This document shows, in pieces, positions 38,414-49,206 of a stretch of DNA of 59,147 nt (the first letter of the stretch is position 1; each line of letters starts with the position of its first letter). Both the position numbers and the translations under genes were made by a program. This stretch comes from Pelagibacteraceae bacterium (GTDB lineage: Bacteria; Pseudomonadota; Alphaproteobacteria; Pelagibacterales; Pelagibacteraceae). The notes below the pieces were generated by a model that had not been told where the DNA came from, searched no databases, and was given only the letters and a program-made list of their open reading frames with translations. The stretch covers positions 1 through 59,147 of the forward strand of contig JAGFVZ010000001.1 in the NCBI GenBank assembly GCA_017640265.1, in the 5' to 3' direction.

Positions 38414-39663
38414 TTATCTAAATTTACTAAATTTAACTTTATATAAACCATCGTTGTCAGCAGTGATGTAAAAATAACTTTCTTTATCAAAAAATAGTTT
38501 TCCAGATTTATCTAAACCAAAATGTCTCAATCTTTTTTTAAAAGAAATTTTTTCAATATTAAGAATATTATTTTTATTTATTATAAAAATTATTATAGAC
38601 CTGGCTCTTAGGCTCAGGCCCATTAAACAAATATTATTTTGATAGTAAGTAGATAAATTTTCTGGACATACGTTCAGAGAGGATGGCGCTACCGCAGGAA
38701 GAAATGCATATATAGGTTCTTTAAAATTATATTTACTGTGACTTCTAGAAAAACTTTTACCATTATTATATTTCGTTCCTAAAGAAACTATTGGCCAACC
38801 ATAATTTTTCCCTTTTATTATTTCATTTAATTCATCTCCACCTTGAGGTCCGTGTTCCAAAGAAAATATATTTTTTTTGTAAAGGACTAAACCTTGCGGG
38901 TTTCTGTGACCCAAAGAAAAAATTTCATAATTTTGATCACTATCTCCTGGCGAAAGTAAAGTTTCATTTTTAATTAATAACACTTTCCCAAAAATTGAAT
39001 TTTTTGATTGAGCAAGCGCTGATATTTCTTCTGACTGATGAGTTGGTACGCCTATAGTTAGCAAAATATTGTTATTATTTTTAACATATGCTCCTCCTAA
39101 ACCACCAAAATCAACTTTTTTTTGTCTGGCAGACATTTACTTTCAATTATTTTTTTCCCACTTTTTAAATGAATTAAAGCAGCATACAAACATGAGAATT
39201 TTTTTAATGAAATTAAAGCAAAATATTCATCATTTATTGTAAATACACTTTTAACTCCACCATCTCTTTCATTATAAAATAATAGAGGTAAATTTATTTC
39301 TGATGTATTTTCATTTTTAATTAACAAGCCATTTCTTGTAAAAATTTCATAATCTGTTTTATTATTATTATTATTTATAATTAAAGAAGCGGTTTTTCCA
39401 GAGTAAGACTTAACTTTAGAAAAAATTAATGAGAATGAGTTTGCAGATAATTCTTTAAAATCTTCTTTTTTATTTTCTAATTTATTTAATTTGTCATTGT
39501 CCGCTTTTTTATTAACAAAACTATCTTTCAAACCTATTTTTTTTAGAGTGTGGTTAATATATTGTTTTGGGACCTCTACTAAATTTGGATTTTCATAGCC
39601 AGTAAATATGCTTACTAATATTATAATTAATAATATAAAAAATTTGTTAATTGTTTTTTTCAT
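38414..39663 (-). CDS. PQQ-dependent (soluble glucose/sorbosone-type) sugar dehydrogenase with signal peptide; single frameshift in an A8 run as sequenced
   Basis: The C-terminal ORF has GHRNPQGL, EHGPQGGDELN and NYGWP. The N-terminal ORF has the signal peptide MKKTINKFFILLIIILVSIF. The two overlap at 39097-39136, around the T8 run at 39116-39123. Confidence 0.8.
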
Positions 39664-39846
39664 ACTTATTTACTGGATTTTATATCGATTTTTGACAAAA
39701 CTGTGTATATAATAATTTTACTTCTCATATGAGTTAATTAAAAATGCAAAATTTTTATTCTTATTTATAAATGATGATTCTACTGAGAAAACATCAGATG
39801 TTGTGATGGTTTTTTCATCTCTCATTATGTAAAATTCTAATTGTAA

Positions 39847-40713
39847 TTAATTTACACCGGGTTTTACTTTTTCCAAACTCTTAATAATAACGGCTGTCAT
39901 TATTAGTAAACCTGCAATAAATACATTCATTGGTGGTATTTCGTTAAAAAATAACCACACCCAAATTGGTCCGCCTATACTTTCGACTAACATTAACAGA
40001 CCAACCGTGACTGCTGGCGTAGTTCTTGAGCCAATAGTAAGAAAAATGAATCCGAGAGCTAACTGAGGAACACCAAAAATAAAAGAAAGACCAAAATCTC
40101 TATAGGAAATAACTAAACTCTTTGAAAAAAGAAAAGCATATAAACAACTTAAAATTCCAGCATAAAAAATTGCAGGAATCATATCTAGGTTAGGGTATTT
40201 TCTAATTGTTATTATAAGCGCTGCAAGACTAATGGATATTAGAAGAGCAATTAAATTCCCAATTAAAGATCCCCGGAAAAGAGAATCTCCAATCATTAAA
40301 AAAATTCCTAACATTGCTATAATGATAGCTACAAATCCCCTTATTGAAATTTTCTCTTTAAGAAGAAAATATCCAAAGACTGCTAGGAATAGAGTTTGAG
40401 TACTCAACATAAAAGCCACATTGGCCACAGTGGTTTCTGTCATGGCAAAAATATATCCAGTAAAGCTAATAGATAAAAAAACCCCTCCAAGAATTCCTGG
40501 GAATCCAGATTTTTTTATTATATTAAAGGCTTCTTTTTTATAAGTTAAAAGTAAGAATCCAACCAAGGCCAACACAAAAAATACAGATCTCCAAAAAAGA
40601 ATTTGCCATGGGCTAGCACTTTCATAAGATCTAATAATAGGTCCTCCAAAACTCAAGCAGAAACCTGCGAGAAGACACAAAATATATCCTGGAATTTTAT
40701 AAACGAATTGCAT
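39847..40713 (-). CDS. EamA/DMT-superfamily transporter
   Basis: 288 aa with about 10 TM segments arranged as two EamA-like halves. Confidence 0.8.
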   Translation of the reverse strand: MQFVYKIPGYILCLLAGFCLSFGGPIIRSYESASPWQILFWRSVFFVLALVGFLLLTYKKEAFNIIKKSGFPGILGGVFLSISFTGYIFAMTETTVANVAFMLSTQTLFLAVFGYFLLKEKISIRGFVAIIIAMLGIFLMIGDSLFRGSLIGNLIALLISISLAALIITIRKYPNLDMIPAIFYAGILSCLYAFLFSKSLVISYRDFGLSFIFGVPQLALGFIFLTIGSRTTPAVTVGLLMLVESIGGPIWVWLFFNEIPPMNVFIAGLLIMTAVIIKSLEKVKPGVN

Positions 40714-41647
40714 TTAAATTATTATTTAGTCTTTTTAGATATTCTTCAAATGCACTTTCTGCAATTGATATGTCGACCAATTTGAAATTTATTTTTGTTC
40801 CTGGTGCTTTTTGCACTAATTTATCGTAATCGGCAGTAATAACATTGGCAATTTTGGGATAACCCCCAATTGTAGGATGATCTGACAAAAGAATAATAGG
40901 TTGGCCATCTCCTGGAACTTGTATTGATCCTTTGGTGATCCCTTCTGATTTTATATTTGAGCTTATCACATTTTGAAGTTTCTCTCCTTCCAACCTCATA
41001 CCCATTCGATCGGTTAATTTTGTAATCTCATATTCTTTTAAGAAAAAATTTTTTTGGCTTTCTTTTGAAAAATAACTAAACTGTAATCCCTTCATGACTC
41101 TTATAGAGTTATTTTCGTCAAAATTAAATTCTATCTTTTTTTTTGAATTGGCTGATTTAATCTGATTATAAAAAATTTTTTCTCCTAACTTTAATTTTTC
41201 ACCATCGTTGGAACCGATCTTTGCTCTAACTAGGGTAGAAATGCTTTCTTTGACTTTGTCCAATTTAAAACCACCATAAATTGACAGGTATCCATAAACG
41301 GATTTTACTGTTGAAATAATGTCAATCTTCTCACCTTTGTAGATAACAAAGCTTTGATTACATACACCTTGTTTTATCTTTCCGTTTTTATCAATAACAT
41401 TGAAATTAACTTTTCCTGCTATAGCTATTTCAGCACTTTCACTTTCAAGCTCAAGCAAAGGTCCTTGATAAGCAAATTCTAAAACTCCTTCAAAAACTTC
41501 GTTGCCAACTAATTGGTTGGCAAGATAAAATAAAGACCGATCCATACATCCGCTCGGAACAATACCAAGATGCTGCAATCCAAATCTTCCTAGATCTTGA
41601 AAAGTAGAATTAATACCGGGTCTTAGAATTTTAAAATAATTACTCAT
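40697..41647 (-). CDS. pxpC: 5-oxoprolinase subunit C (KipA / allophanate-hydrolase-subunit-2 family)
   Basis: 316 aa. Motifs are GRFGLQHLGIVPSGCMD and DHPTIGGYPKIA. It overlaps pxpB by 8 nt. Confidence 0.85.
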   Translation of the reverse strand: MSNYFKILRPGINSTFQDLGRFGLQHLGIVPSGCMDRSLFYLANQLVGNEVFEGVLEFAYQGPLLELESESAEIAIAGKVNFNVIDKNGKIKQGVCNQSFVIYKGEKIDIISTVKSVYGYLSIYGGFKLDKVKESISTLVRAKIGSNDGEKLKLGEKIFYNQIKSANSKKKIEFNFDENNSIRVMKGLQFSYFSKESQKNFFLKEYEITKLTDRMGMRLEGEKLQNVISSNIKSEGITKGSIQVPGDGQPIILLSDHPTIGGYPKIANVITADYDKLVQKAPGTKINFKLVDISIAESAFEEYLKRLNNNLNAIRL

Positions 41648-42329
41648 TTTTAAAAGATAACAATTCTTTTTTTGTTATTGATTTAAATTGCACGCTGTCT
41701 CCTGGCGATAAAATGCTTGGATTTTTTTTATTAATGTTAAATAACTCTAAAGGTGTCTTGCCTATAATATTCCATCCTCCAGGAGAATCAAAAGTGTATA
41801 TATTGCAAAATTTTTCAACTATCCCAACTGAACCTTTCGGCACTCTAACTCTGGGTGTTTCTAATCTCTTTAAATACAATTCTTTATTTAGGTCGCCCAT
41901 AAAAGGATGTCCTGGAACAAAACCTATCATGTAAACAAAAAAGTCCGTTTTAAGATGCTCTTTTATTATTTCCTTAAAATTTAATTTTGTTTTTTGCTCC
42001 AAAGTTTTAATATCCAAAGCAAATTCCTCGTCATAACATATCGGAATTTCAATCAATTTATTTTTCTCTGGTAAGGTTATTTTGGAATAATCGCTTTTTT
42101 GAATAAATTGAATAAGTTCACTAGATTTTATTTTTTCTAGATCAAAATTAATTATTAATTTATTATAAGATGGCGTGCAGTTTAAAATTCCTTTAATCTT
42201 TTTAGCTTTTGTAGAGTCCTGTACAAAGCTAAAAAATTTAACTACCTCTTTGTTAGTATCTTTGCTAATTTCATCTCCAAAATCACAAGCGATACCGCAG
42301 TCCCCTATATTACTTATTTTTTTAAGCAT
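41640..42329 (-). CDS. pxpB: 5-oxoprolinase subunit B (KipI family)
   Basis: 229 aa. GFVPGHPFMG and GGWNIIGKTP are typical of the family. Confidence 0.85.
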   Translation of the reverse strand: MLKKISNIGDCGIACDFGDEISKDTNKEVVKFFSFVQDSTKAKKIKGILNCTPSYNKLIINFDLEKIKSSELIQFIQKSDYSKITLPEKNKLIEIPICYDEEFALDIKTLEQKTKLNFKEIIKEHLKTDFFVYMIGFVPGHPFMGDLNKELYLKRLETPRVRVPKGSVGIVEKFCNIYTFDSPGGWNIIGKTPLELFNINKKNPSILSPGDSVQFKSITKKELLSFKNE

Positions 42330-42365
42330 AAATTGCTATAATAAATATTATATAATGATTTAAAA

Positions 42366-43142
42366 ATGGAAATTAACATTAATTGTGATCTTGGAGAAAG
42401 TTCAAAATTTTGTTCTACAGAAAATGACCCTTTATTGCTAGAGATTGTTAACTCAGCAAATATAGCATGCGGTTATCATGCTGGAGATAAACCCACAATG
42501 GAACAAACTGTAAAAATATCAGAGAAAAACGCTGTCAGTATTGGGGCACATCCATCATTTAATGACAGAGAAAACTTCGGAAGAAAACGAATTAGCTTAC
42601 CATCAAACGAAATAACAAAATTAATTATTGATCAAATAAATATTCTGTCTGAAATTGCAGGCAAGTTTGGAATGAAAGTTACACATGTAAAACCTCATGG
42701 TGCTTTGAACAATATGGCTTGTGAAGATTATGATTTGGCTAAAGTCATTTCGGAATCTATCATCAAAGTAAACAAAGATTTGATTTTTCTAGTTCCAACA
42801 GGATCGCAAATGGAAAAGGCTGGAAAAAAAATTGGTATGAAAACTGCCGTAGAAATATTTGCTGACAGGAACTATGAAGATAATGGAAATTTAGTTTCAA
42901 GATCAAAAAGTAACGCGATGATTACTGATCCAGAAATAGCTAAAAAGCATGTTATTAAGATGGTAGAAAATCAAGCGCTTAATTGTTATTCTGGAAAACA
43001 AATTCCTTGTGAAATTGATTCCGTATGCCTACATGGTGATGGAAAGAGTGCAGTTAGGATTGCAAAACAAATTAAGGAAGGGCTTATAAAAGCTGGAATG
43101 ATTTTAAAACCATTAGATAAAATGAAAAAATATTACAAATAA
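42366..43142 (+). CDS. pxpA: 5-oxoprolinase subunit A (LamB/YcsF family)
   Basis: 258 aa. Motifs are INCDLGES, ACGYHAGD, KPHGALNN and CLHGDG. Confidence 0.9.
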   Translation: MEININCDLGESSKFCSTENDPLLLEIVNSANIACGYHAGDKPTMEQTVKISEKNAVSIGAHPSFNDRENFGRKRISLPSNEITKLIIDQINILSEIAGKFGMKVTHVKPHGALNNMACEDYDLAKVISESIIKVNKDLIFLVPTGSQMEKAGKKIGMKTAVEIFADRNYEDNGNLVSRSKSNAMITDPEIAKKHVIKMVENQALNCYSGKQIPCEIDSVCLHGDGKSAVRIAKQIKEGLIKAGMILKPLDKMKKYYK

Positions 43143-43765
43143 TGTTCGAACAGGTAACAATTTTTTTTCAGATTGTATTTATCGATATCTTGATGGCTGC
43201 TGATAATGCAATCATCATCGGTCTTATAGCCGCATCATTCGCTAAAGCGGACAGACAAAGAATAATAATGTTTGGAGTCTTTGCTGCTTTTATTTTCAGA
43301 GTTATTTTTGCATTGATAACAGTTCAGCTCCTACAATACCCTATCTTAAAAATAATAGGTGGAGCCCTTCTAATTTGGATAATTCTTAAGTTATTACATG
43401 ACCTACAACTTTTAGATATTTTCAAAACTTCTAAACAAAAAATTGTTAAACCAAAAAAACAACCTTCCTTTATTGGTGGCGTCTATGCAGTTTTAATCGC
43501 AGATGTCACTTTGAGTTTTGATAACGTTTTAGGTGTGGCTGCCGCTTCAAGAGAACACACGTATTTGTTAATATTTGGATTGTTGTTATCTGTATTCTTA
43601 ATTGCCACAGTCGCAACATTCTTCGCAGAATATATAAAAAAACACAGCTGGGTTGGCATTGTAGGTTTGGTTGTAATTCTTTTAGTTGCTCTGCAACTAA
43701 TTGGTGGCGGTATAGAGTCTCAGTATCCCGGTACTATACCTGAACCTTTTAAATCTTGGCTTTAA
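43142..43765 (+). CDS. TerC/YjbE-family integral membrane protein
   Basis: 207 aa. The duplicated motif reads MAADNAIIIG .. SFDNVLGVAA. Confidence 0.7.
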   Translation: MFEQVTIFFQIVFIDILMAADNAIIIGLIAASFAKADRQRIIMFGVFAAFIFRVIFALITVQLLQYPILKIIGGALLIWIILKLLHDLQLLDIFKTSKQKIVKPKKQPSFIGGVYAVLIADVTLSFDNVLGVAAASREHTYLLIFGLLLSVFLIATVATFFAEYIKKHSWVGIVGLVVILLVALQLIGGGIESQYPGTIPEPFKSWL

Positions 43766-43813
43766 TTGTTTATTTTTTTAAACCTTTAGATTTAAAATTA
43801 GTGATAAAGCCAA

Positions 43814-45319
43814 TCAGAAAATATAGGATTTTTCTTTACTCTTTCTTGCTATTTTTTTCCTAACCTCAATATTAAGTTTAAAAAGTTCGTTCGATTTAAG
43901 TTTTCTGAGATTTTCAACGTCTTTAATAAACCTTTTGGCTTCTTTAGTATCTACCGTTCCATTGGTTAGTGAATTAAATTTTTCAATATAATTTGATCTT
44001 GTAAAAGGTCGTTTTCCACTTGGATGTGCGTCTGCCACAGATATCTCGTCTTCTATTTGTTTTCCATCATTCATTTTAATAACAACTCTCCCACCAAAAC
44101 ATTTTTTATTGGGATCAGGATCGTGATATTTTTTTGTCCATTCTTTATCTTCAAAAGTCTTGATTTTTTGCCATAACTCAATGGTACTTTTTCTACTTGC
44201 TCTTTTAGGAGTATAAGAATTGATATGATGCCATTCGCCATCCTCCAAGGCAACAGCAAAAATATACATAATAGAATGGTCTAGTGTTTCTCTGCTAGCC
44301 CTTGGGTCCATTTTTTGAGGATCGTTAGCTCCGGTTCCTATAACATAATGAGTGTGATGGCTAGTATGTATGTCAACAGATTCAATGTTTGAAATATTGT
44401 TGATTTTTTTATTTAGATTTCTTGCTAAATCTATAAGTGCTTGTGATTGATATTCTGCTGAGTGCTCTTTTGTAAAAGTCTCAAGGATTGCCTTTTTTTC
44501 TTCATTAACATTTGGAAGTGGAACGTTGTATTCGGCTTCGGGTCCTGAAAGAACATAAGCAATTACACTATCTTCTCCTTCATAAATGGGACTTGGAGCA
44601 CCTTCGCCTCTCATGCAGCGATCAACGGCTTCAATAGCTAATTTACCAGCATGAGATGGTGCAAAAGCTTTCCAGCTTGATATTTCACCTTTTCTAGATT
44701 GCCTTGTGGAAACAGTAGTATGAAGCGCTTGTTGAATTGACTGATATATAGTTTCGGTTTTTAATTTTAATAAAGTTCCAATGCCTGCAGCAACACTAGG
44801 TCCTAAATGAGCAATATGATCAATCTTATGTTCATGCAAACATATTCCTTTAACAAGATTTACTTGAACCTCATAACCGGTAAGAATACCTTTTATTAAA
44901 TCCATTCCGTTACATCTTTTTTGTTGAGCCACAGCAAGAATTGGAGGAATGTTGTCTCCTGGATGACTATAGTCAGCAGCAAGAAATGTATCATGAAAAT
45001 CTAATTCTCTGACTGCTGTTCCATTTGCCCAGGCTGCCCACTCACAATGAACTTTTATTTTTGAATTTAAACCAAAAATAGTTGAACCGTTTTTTCTAGG
45101 ATGGGCAAGGGCCATTTCTCTAGCGGATACAACAGGCTTTCTATTAAAAGAAGCTATAGCTACAGAAGCGTTATCAATAATTCTATTGATAACCATTTCA
45201 ATACAATCTTCTCCGGGTCTTGATTTATCAGAAGCAATTTCAGCAATTTTCCAAGCCAATTGATTTTCTTTTTTTAAATTATCTGATGACTTGTGTGTTC
45301 TGACTTTTATTTCTCTCAT
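43814..45319 (-). CDS. prpD: 2-methylcitrate dehydratase (MmgE/PrpD family)
   Basis: 501 aa. [22 protein letters not shown] and HPSGK segments are typical of PrpD. Confidence 0.88.
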   Translation of the reverse strand: MREIKVRTHKSSDNLKKENQLAWKIAEIASDKSRPGEDCIEMVINRIIDNASVAIASFNRKPVVSAREMALAHPRKNGSTIFGLNSKIKVHCEWAAWANGTAVRELDFHDTFLAADYSHPGDNIPPILAVAQQKRCNGMDLIKGILTGYEVQVNLVKGICLHEHKIDHIAHLGPSVAAGIGTLLKLKTETIYQSIQQALHTTVSTRQSRKGEISSWKAFAPSHAGKLAIEAVDRCMRGEGAPSPIYEGEDSVIAYVLSGPEAEYNVPLPNVNEEKKAILETFTKEHSAEYQSQALIDLARNLNKKINNISNIESVDIHTSHHTHYVIGTGANDPQKMDPRASRETLDHSIMYIFAVALEDGEWHHINSYTPKRASRKSTIELWQKIKTFEDKEWTKKYHDPDPNKKCFGGRVVIKMNDGKQIEDEISVADAHPSGKRPFTRSNYIEKFNSLTNGTVDTKEAKRFIKDVENLRKLKSNELFKLNIEVRKKIARKSKEKSYIF

Positions 45320-45323
45320 GATT

Positions 45324-47996
45324 TTACGACAACATATTCCTTAAAACGTATTGAAGTATGCCTCCATGTTTATAGTACTCAACTTCATTTTCGGTATCAA
45401 TTCTGCAAAGAACTTGAATAGTTTTGCTTATTCCGTCTACATACTTAATCTCAACACTTACATCCGATCCTGGTTGTAATCCTTTTTCTATATTTTTCAC
45501 AGTTATAAGCTCTGAGCCTATTAAATTTAGTTTTTTTCTATTCATTCCCTCTTTGAATTGTAGCGGTAATATTCCCATGCCTACCAAATTTGATCTATGA
45601 ATTTTTTCGAAACTCTCTGCTAAAACTGCTTTTATTCCTAATAACAAACTTCCTTTTGCAGCCCAGTCTCTTGAGGAGCCGGTCCCATATAATTGACCTC
45701 CTATAACAACTAAATCAGTTCCTCTTTTTTTATATTCCATAACAGCATCGAAAACCGTTGATGTCTTTCCTTCTGGATAAATTTTAGTAAAACCTCCTTC
45801 TGTTCCTGGGGCCATTTCATTTCTAATTCTAATATTTCCAAATGTGCCTCTCATCATTACCTCATGATTTCCTCTTCTCGCTCCATAAGAATTGTACTCT
45901 TTTGGTAAAATTTGATATTTCATAAAATAATTTCCTGTTGGGCTATCTTTAGGAATTGAGCCTGCTGGAGAAATATGATCCGTTGTTACCATGTCTCCTA
46001 AAATCAATAACGGTCTTGCATCTTTTATTTTTTTAAAACCAGGAGGTTTGTCTGGCAAATTTTCAAAAAATGGAGGTTTTTTTACATAGGTTGAGCTTTC
46101 GTCCCAATCATAAATACTACTCGCTTTTGTTTTTATTTCTTGCCATTCTTTTGGGCCTTTTGAAATATTAGAGTATCTAGAAACAAACATTTCTGCATTT
46201 AATGATTTAAGTAATGTGTCTTCTATTTCTTTGTTTGAAGGCCAGATATCTTTTAAGAATATATCTTTTCCGTTCTTATCTTTACCAAGGGAGTCTTTGT
46301 ACAAATCAATATTCATTGTTCCAGCTATTGCATAAGCAACAACTAAAGGAGGCGAAGCAAGATAATTTGCTTTTACAACTGGACTTATTCTTCCTTCAAA
46401 ATTTCTATTTCCTGATAAAACTGAAACTGCAAGAATATCATTTTCTAAAATTGCATTGTTAATATTCTCTGGTAATGGTCCAGAATTTCCAATACAAGTT
46501 GTGCATCCATAACCAACCAAGTTAAAGCCAAGTTTATCTAAATAAGTGTTTAACCCTGCTTTTTTCAAATAGTCTGTAACCACTTGTGATCCTGGGGCTA
46601 AAGAAGTTTTTGTCCATGGCTTAGTTTGAAGCCCAAGTTCAATAGCTTTCTTAGCTAACAATCCTGCGCCTATTAAAACTTTTGGATTAGATGTATTTGT
46701 ACATGAAGTAATTGCCGCGATAACTATGTCGCCATCCTTGATTGAATATTCTGCCTTATCAACTTTTACTTCTTTAATTTTTTCTCTTTTAGTTAAATTT
46801 TTTGAAATTAATTCAAAATTCTTTTTTGATTCGTTAAGTTTTACTTTGTCTTGTGGTCGTTTTGGTCCTGAGATACTTGGTACAACGGTAGACAGGTCCA
46901 ATGATAAAGTGTCTGTAAATTTTATATCGCCGCTTGCCCACAAACCCTGCTCTTTAGAATATGTTTCAACCAATTTTATGTTTTCTTCGTCTCGTCCTGA
47001 TAGTCTTAAATATTTGATAGACTCTTCGTCCACTGGAAAAAAACCACAAGTTGCTCCGTATTCTGGTGCCATGTTTGCAATTGTTGCACGATCAGCTAGT
47101 GGCAAATTCTTTAAGCCTTCTCCATAAAATTCTACAAATTTTCCAACTACTTTTTTCTCTCTCAACATTTTTACAATTGTTAAAACTAAATCAGTTGCCG
47201 TTGTACCTTCTGGCAGTTTATTTTTAACTTCAAAACCAACAACTTCAGGAATAAGCATTGAGATGGGCTGTCCTAACATTCCAGCTTCAGCTTCTATTCC
47301 TCCAACTCCCCATCCTAAAACCGAAAGCCCATTCACCATTGTTGTATGGCTATCCGTACCAACCAGAGTATCAGGATAAGCATAATTTTTATTTCCATTT
47401 TTAGTAGACCAAACGACTTTTGAGAGATGTTCTAAATTAACCTGATGACAAATTCCTGTTCCTGGTGGAATAATTCTAAAATTATCAAATGCCTGTTGTC
47501 CCCATTTTAAAAACGAATACCTTTCGCCATTCCTTTCAAATTCCTTTTTAACATTCTCGTTAAAAGAATCTTTCGTTGCAGATGTGTCAACTTGAACAGA
47601 ATGATCAATCACAAGATCAACTGTAGACAATGGATTAATTTTTTTAGGGTCTTTTTTTTTCTTTTGCACTGCTTCACGCATTGCAGCCAAATCAGCTACT
47701 GCTGGAATGCCAGTATAATCCTGCAATAAAACACGTACTGGTCTAAAAGCAATTTCAGCCTTTGATTTTTTAAACTTTAACCAATCTTTAAGAGATTGAA
47801 TTTGATTATGATCAACGGTTATACCGTCTTCAAACCTCAAAAGATTTTCTAAAAGTACCTTTAAAGAATTTGGAAGTTTAGAAATACCTGACAAACCTTT
47901 TTTTTCTGCTTCCGCAAGACTAAAATAGTTATATTTATTTGATTGGATATCAATTTCTTTAACACAATTAAATGAATTTTTTTGTCCAAATTTCAT
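45324..47996 (-). CDS. acnA: Aconitate hydratase A
   Basis: 890 aa. Fe-S ligand regions are [18 protein letters not shown] and CTTCIGNSG. The swivel domain contains [12 protein letters not shown]. Confidence 0.95.
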   Translation of the reverse strand: MKFGQKNSFNCVKEIDIQSNKYNYFSLAEAEKKGLSGISKLPNSLKVLLENLLRFEDGITVDHNQIQSLKDWLKFKKSKAEIAFRPVRVLLQDYTGIPAVADLAAMREAVQKKKKDPKKINPLSTVDLVIDHSVQVDTSATKDSFNENVKKEFERNGERYSFLKWGQQAFDNFRIIPPGTGICHQVNLEHLSKVVWSTKNGNKNYAYPDTLVGTDSHTTMVNGLSVLGWGVGGIEAEAGMLGQPISMLIPEVVGFEVKNKLPEGTTATDLVLTIVKMLREKKVVGKFVEFYGEGLKNLPLADRATIANMAPEYGATCGFFPVDEESIKYLRLSGRDEENIKLVETYSKEQGLWASGDIKFTDTLSLDLSTVVPSISGPKRPQDKVKLNESKKNFELISKNLTKREKIKEVKVDKAEYSIKDGDIVIAAITSCTNTSNPKVLIGAGLLAKKAIELGLQTKPWTKTSLAPGSQVVTDYLKKAGLNTYLDKLGFNLVGYGCTTCIGNSGPLPENINNAILENDILAVSVLSGNRNFEGRISPVVKANYLASPPLVVAYAIAGTMNIDLYKDSLGKDKNGKDIFLKDIWPSNKEIEDTLLKSLNAEMFVSRYSNISKGPKEWQEIKTKASSIYDWDESSTYVKKPPFFENLPDKPPGFKKIKDARPLLILGDMVTTDHISPAGSIPKDSPTGNYFMKYQILPKEYNSYGARRGNHEVMMRGTFGNIRIRNEMAPGTEGGFTKIYPEGKTSTVFDAVMEYKKRGTDLVVIGGQLYGTGSSRDWAAKGSLLLGIKAVLAESFEKIHRSNLVGMGILPLQFKEGMNRKKLNLIGSELITVKNIEKGLQPGSDVSVEIKYVDGISKTIQVLCRIDTENEVEYYKHGGILQYVLRNMLS

Positions 47997-47999
47997 ATT

Positions 48000-48590
48000 C
48001 TATACATAAAACATTATAACACATACAATCAGTAAGAATGACATAACATAGTTAAAAGTTTGTACAAATTTCTTATTTGTCGCAAATCTTCTTAAGAATT
48101 TTCCTAACAAGCACCATGAAAAAATACTTACAAAACTAAAGGTAATAGCTACACTCAAGACAATTATTGTATCTCTTAAAAAATTTTCATTAGTATTTAT
48201 AAATGTAGATATTACCATAATAGCAAATAAAACTGCTTTTGGATTAATGAATTGAAAAAAAAGCATATTAATAAATTTAATGGGGTTGTTAATTTTTTTT
48301 TCCTCATTATTTTTATTTGAAGCAATTTTATAAGCAAAATATAATATAAATCCTGAACCAATTATCTTTATAATTTCTTGAAGTATTGGAAATTTTTTAA
48401 AAAAAATTATCAAACCAAAGTTTATTGCTATTAATAATATTGGAAAACCAAAAGTAACTCCGCATATTAATGGAATTGTTTTTTTTATTCCAAAATTAAA
48501 ACCAGAATATGAAGCTAAAAAATTATTTGGCCCCGGTGTAAAAGCTGCAACAAACATAAAAATTAATAGTGCTATTAAATCTTGATACAT
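48000..48590 (-). CDS. LysE/RhtB-family amino-acid exporter
   Basis: 196 aa, about 6 TM segments, N-terminal FTPGPNN motif. Confidence 0.75.
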   Translation of the reverse strand: MYQDLIALLIFMFVAAFTPGPNNFLASYSGFNFGIKKTIPLICGVTFGFPILLIAINFGLIIFFKKFPILQEIIKIIGSGFILYFAYKIASNKNNEEKKINNPIKFINMLFFQFINPKAVLFAIMVISTFINTNENFLRDTIIVLSVAITFSFVSIFSWCLLGKFLRRFATNKKFVQTFNYVMSFLLIVCVIMFYV

Positions 48591-48609
48591 TAATTAATTT
48601 TCTTTGACC

Positions 48610-48951
48610 TCAAGCTATTTCTAAACCGTTCTCAACTTTTTGAGATGGATGAACAAGGACTACTTTGCCATCTTTATCAATAGCGCCTAGAACAAGAAAT
48701 TCTGATATTATCCCAGCAATATTTTTGTTTGGAAAATTACATACTCCTATTACTTGTTTTCCAATTAAATTTTCTTTGTTATAAAAATCAGTAATTTGCG
48801 CTGATGATTTTTTAATTCCTATTTCTTTTCCAAAATCTACTTCTATAACTAATGAAGGTTTTCTGGCTTTTTTATTTTGGTTTACACTCAAAACCGTACC
48901 AATACGAATATCTACTTTTTCGTAATCATTAAAGGTAATTTGTTCTTTCAT
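48610..48951 (-). CDS. csaA: tRNA-binding (EMAP/CsaA-type OB-fold) protein
   Basis: 113 aa. The pattern F..VDIRIGTV......KARKP..L.VDFG is typical of CsaA/Trbp111. Confidence 0.7.
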   Translation of the reverse strand: MKEQITFNDYEKVDIRIGTVLSVNQNKKARKPSLVIEVDFGKEIGIKKSSAQITDFYNKENLIGKQVIGVCNFPNKNIAGIISEFLVLGAIDKDGKVVLVHPSQKVENGLEIA

Positions 48952-49206
48952 AAATTTAATATATAATCTAATTTTATACTGTGGATCAGGTGTTTCCTTT
49001 TTATTTATGTATTATTTCCTGTTTTCGGTTTTAACTCAAACTTTTTTAATATTTGCTGAAATTCCCATGCTTTTTATGAGATTGAGACTATTATAGTAAT
49101 AACTTCAGTCTTTTTGCTTCAAAAAACTAGTTAATTTAACCATTGAAAAAATAATTCAATAGTTAATACTTTAAAATTATTAATAATTGAATACAGAGAG
49201 GGAAAA

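Noticed and set aside
39664-39846. A possible 35-codon minus-strand ORF (MRDEKTITTSDVFSVESSFINKNKNFAFLINSYEK) in the EamA/dehydrogenase spacer.
   Set aside because: It has no hydrophobic or cysteine pattern, no coupling to neighbours and no RBS. It is indistinguishable from chance at this length.
40697-43765. The pxpC-pxpB / pxpA-TerC divergent cluster as a possible novel system.
   Set aside because: The three Pxp subunits form the known 5-oxoprolinase. Adjacency of a TerC/YjbE-type membrane protein (ATGA-type overlap with pxpA) is unremarkable packing, and nothing in the sequence suggests a functional link.
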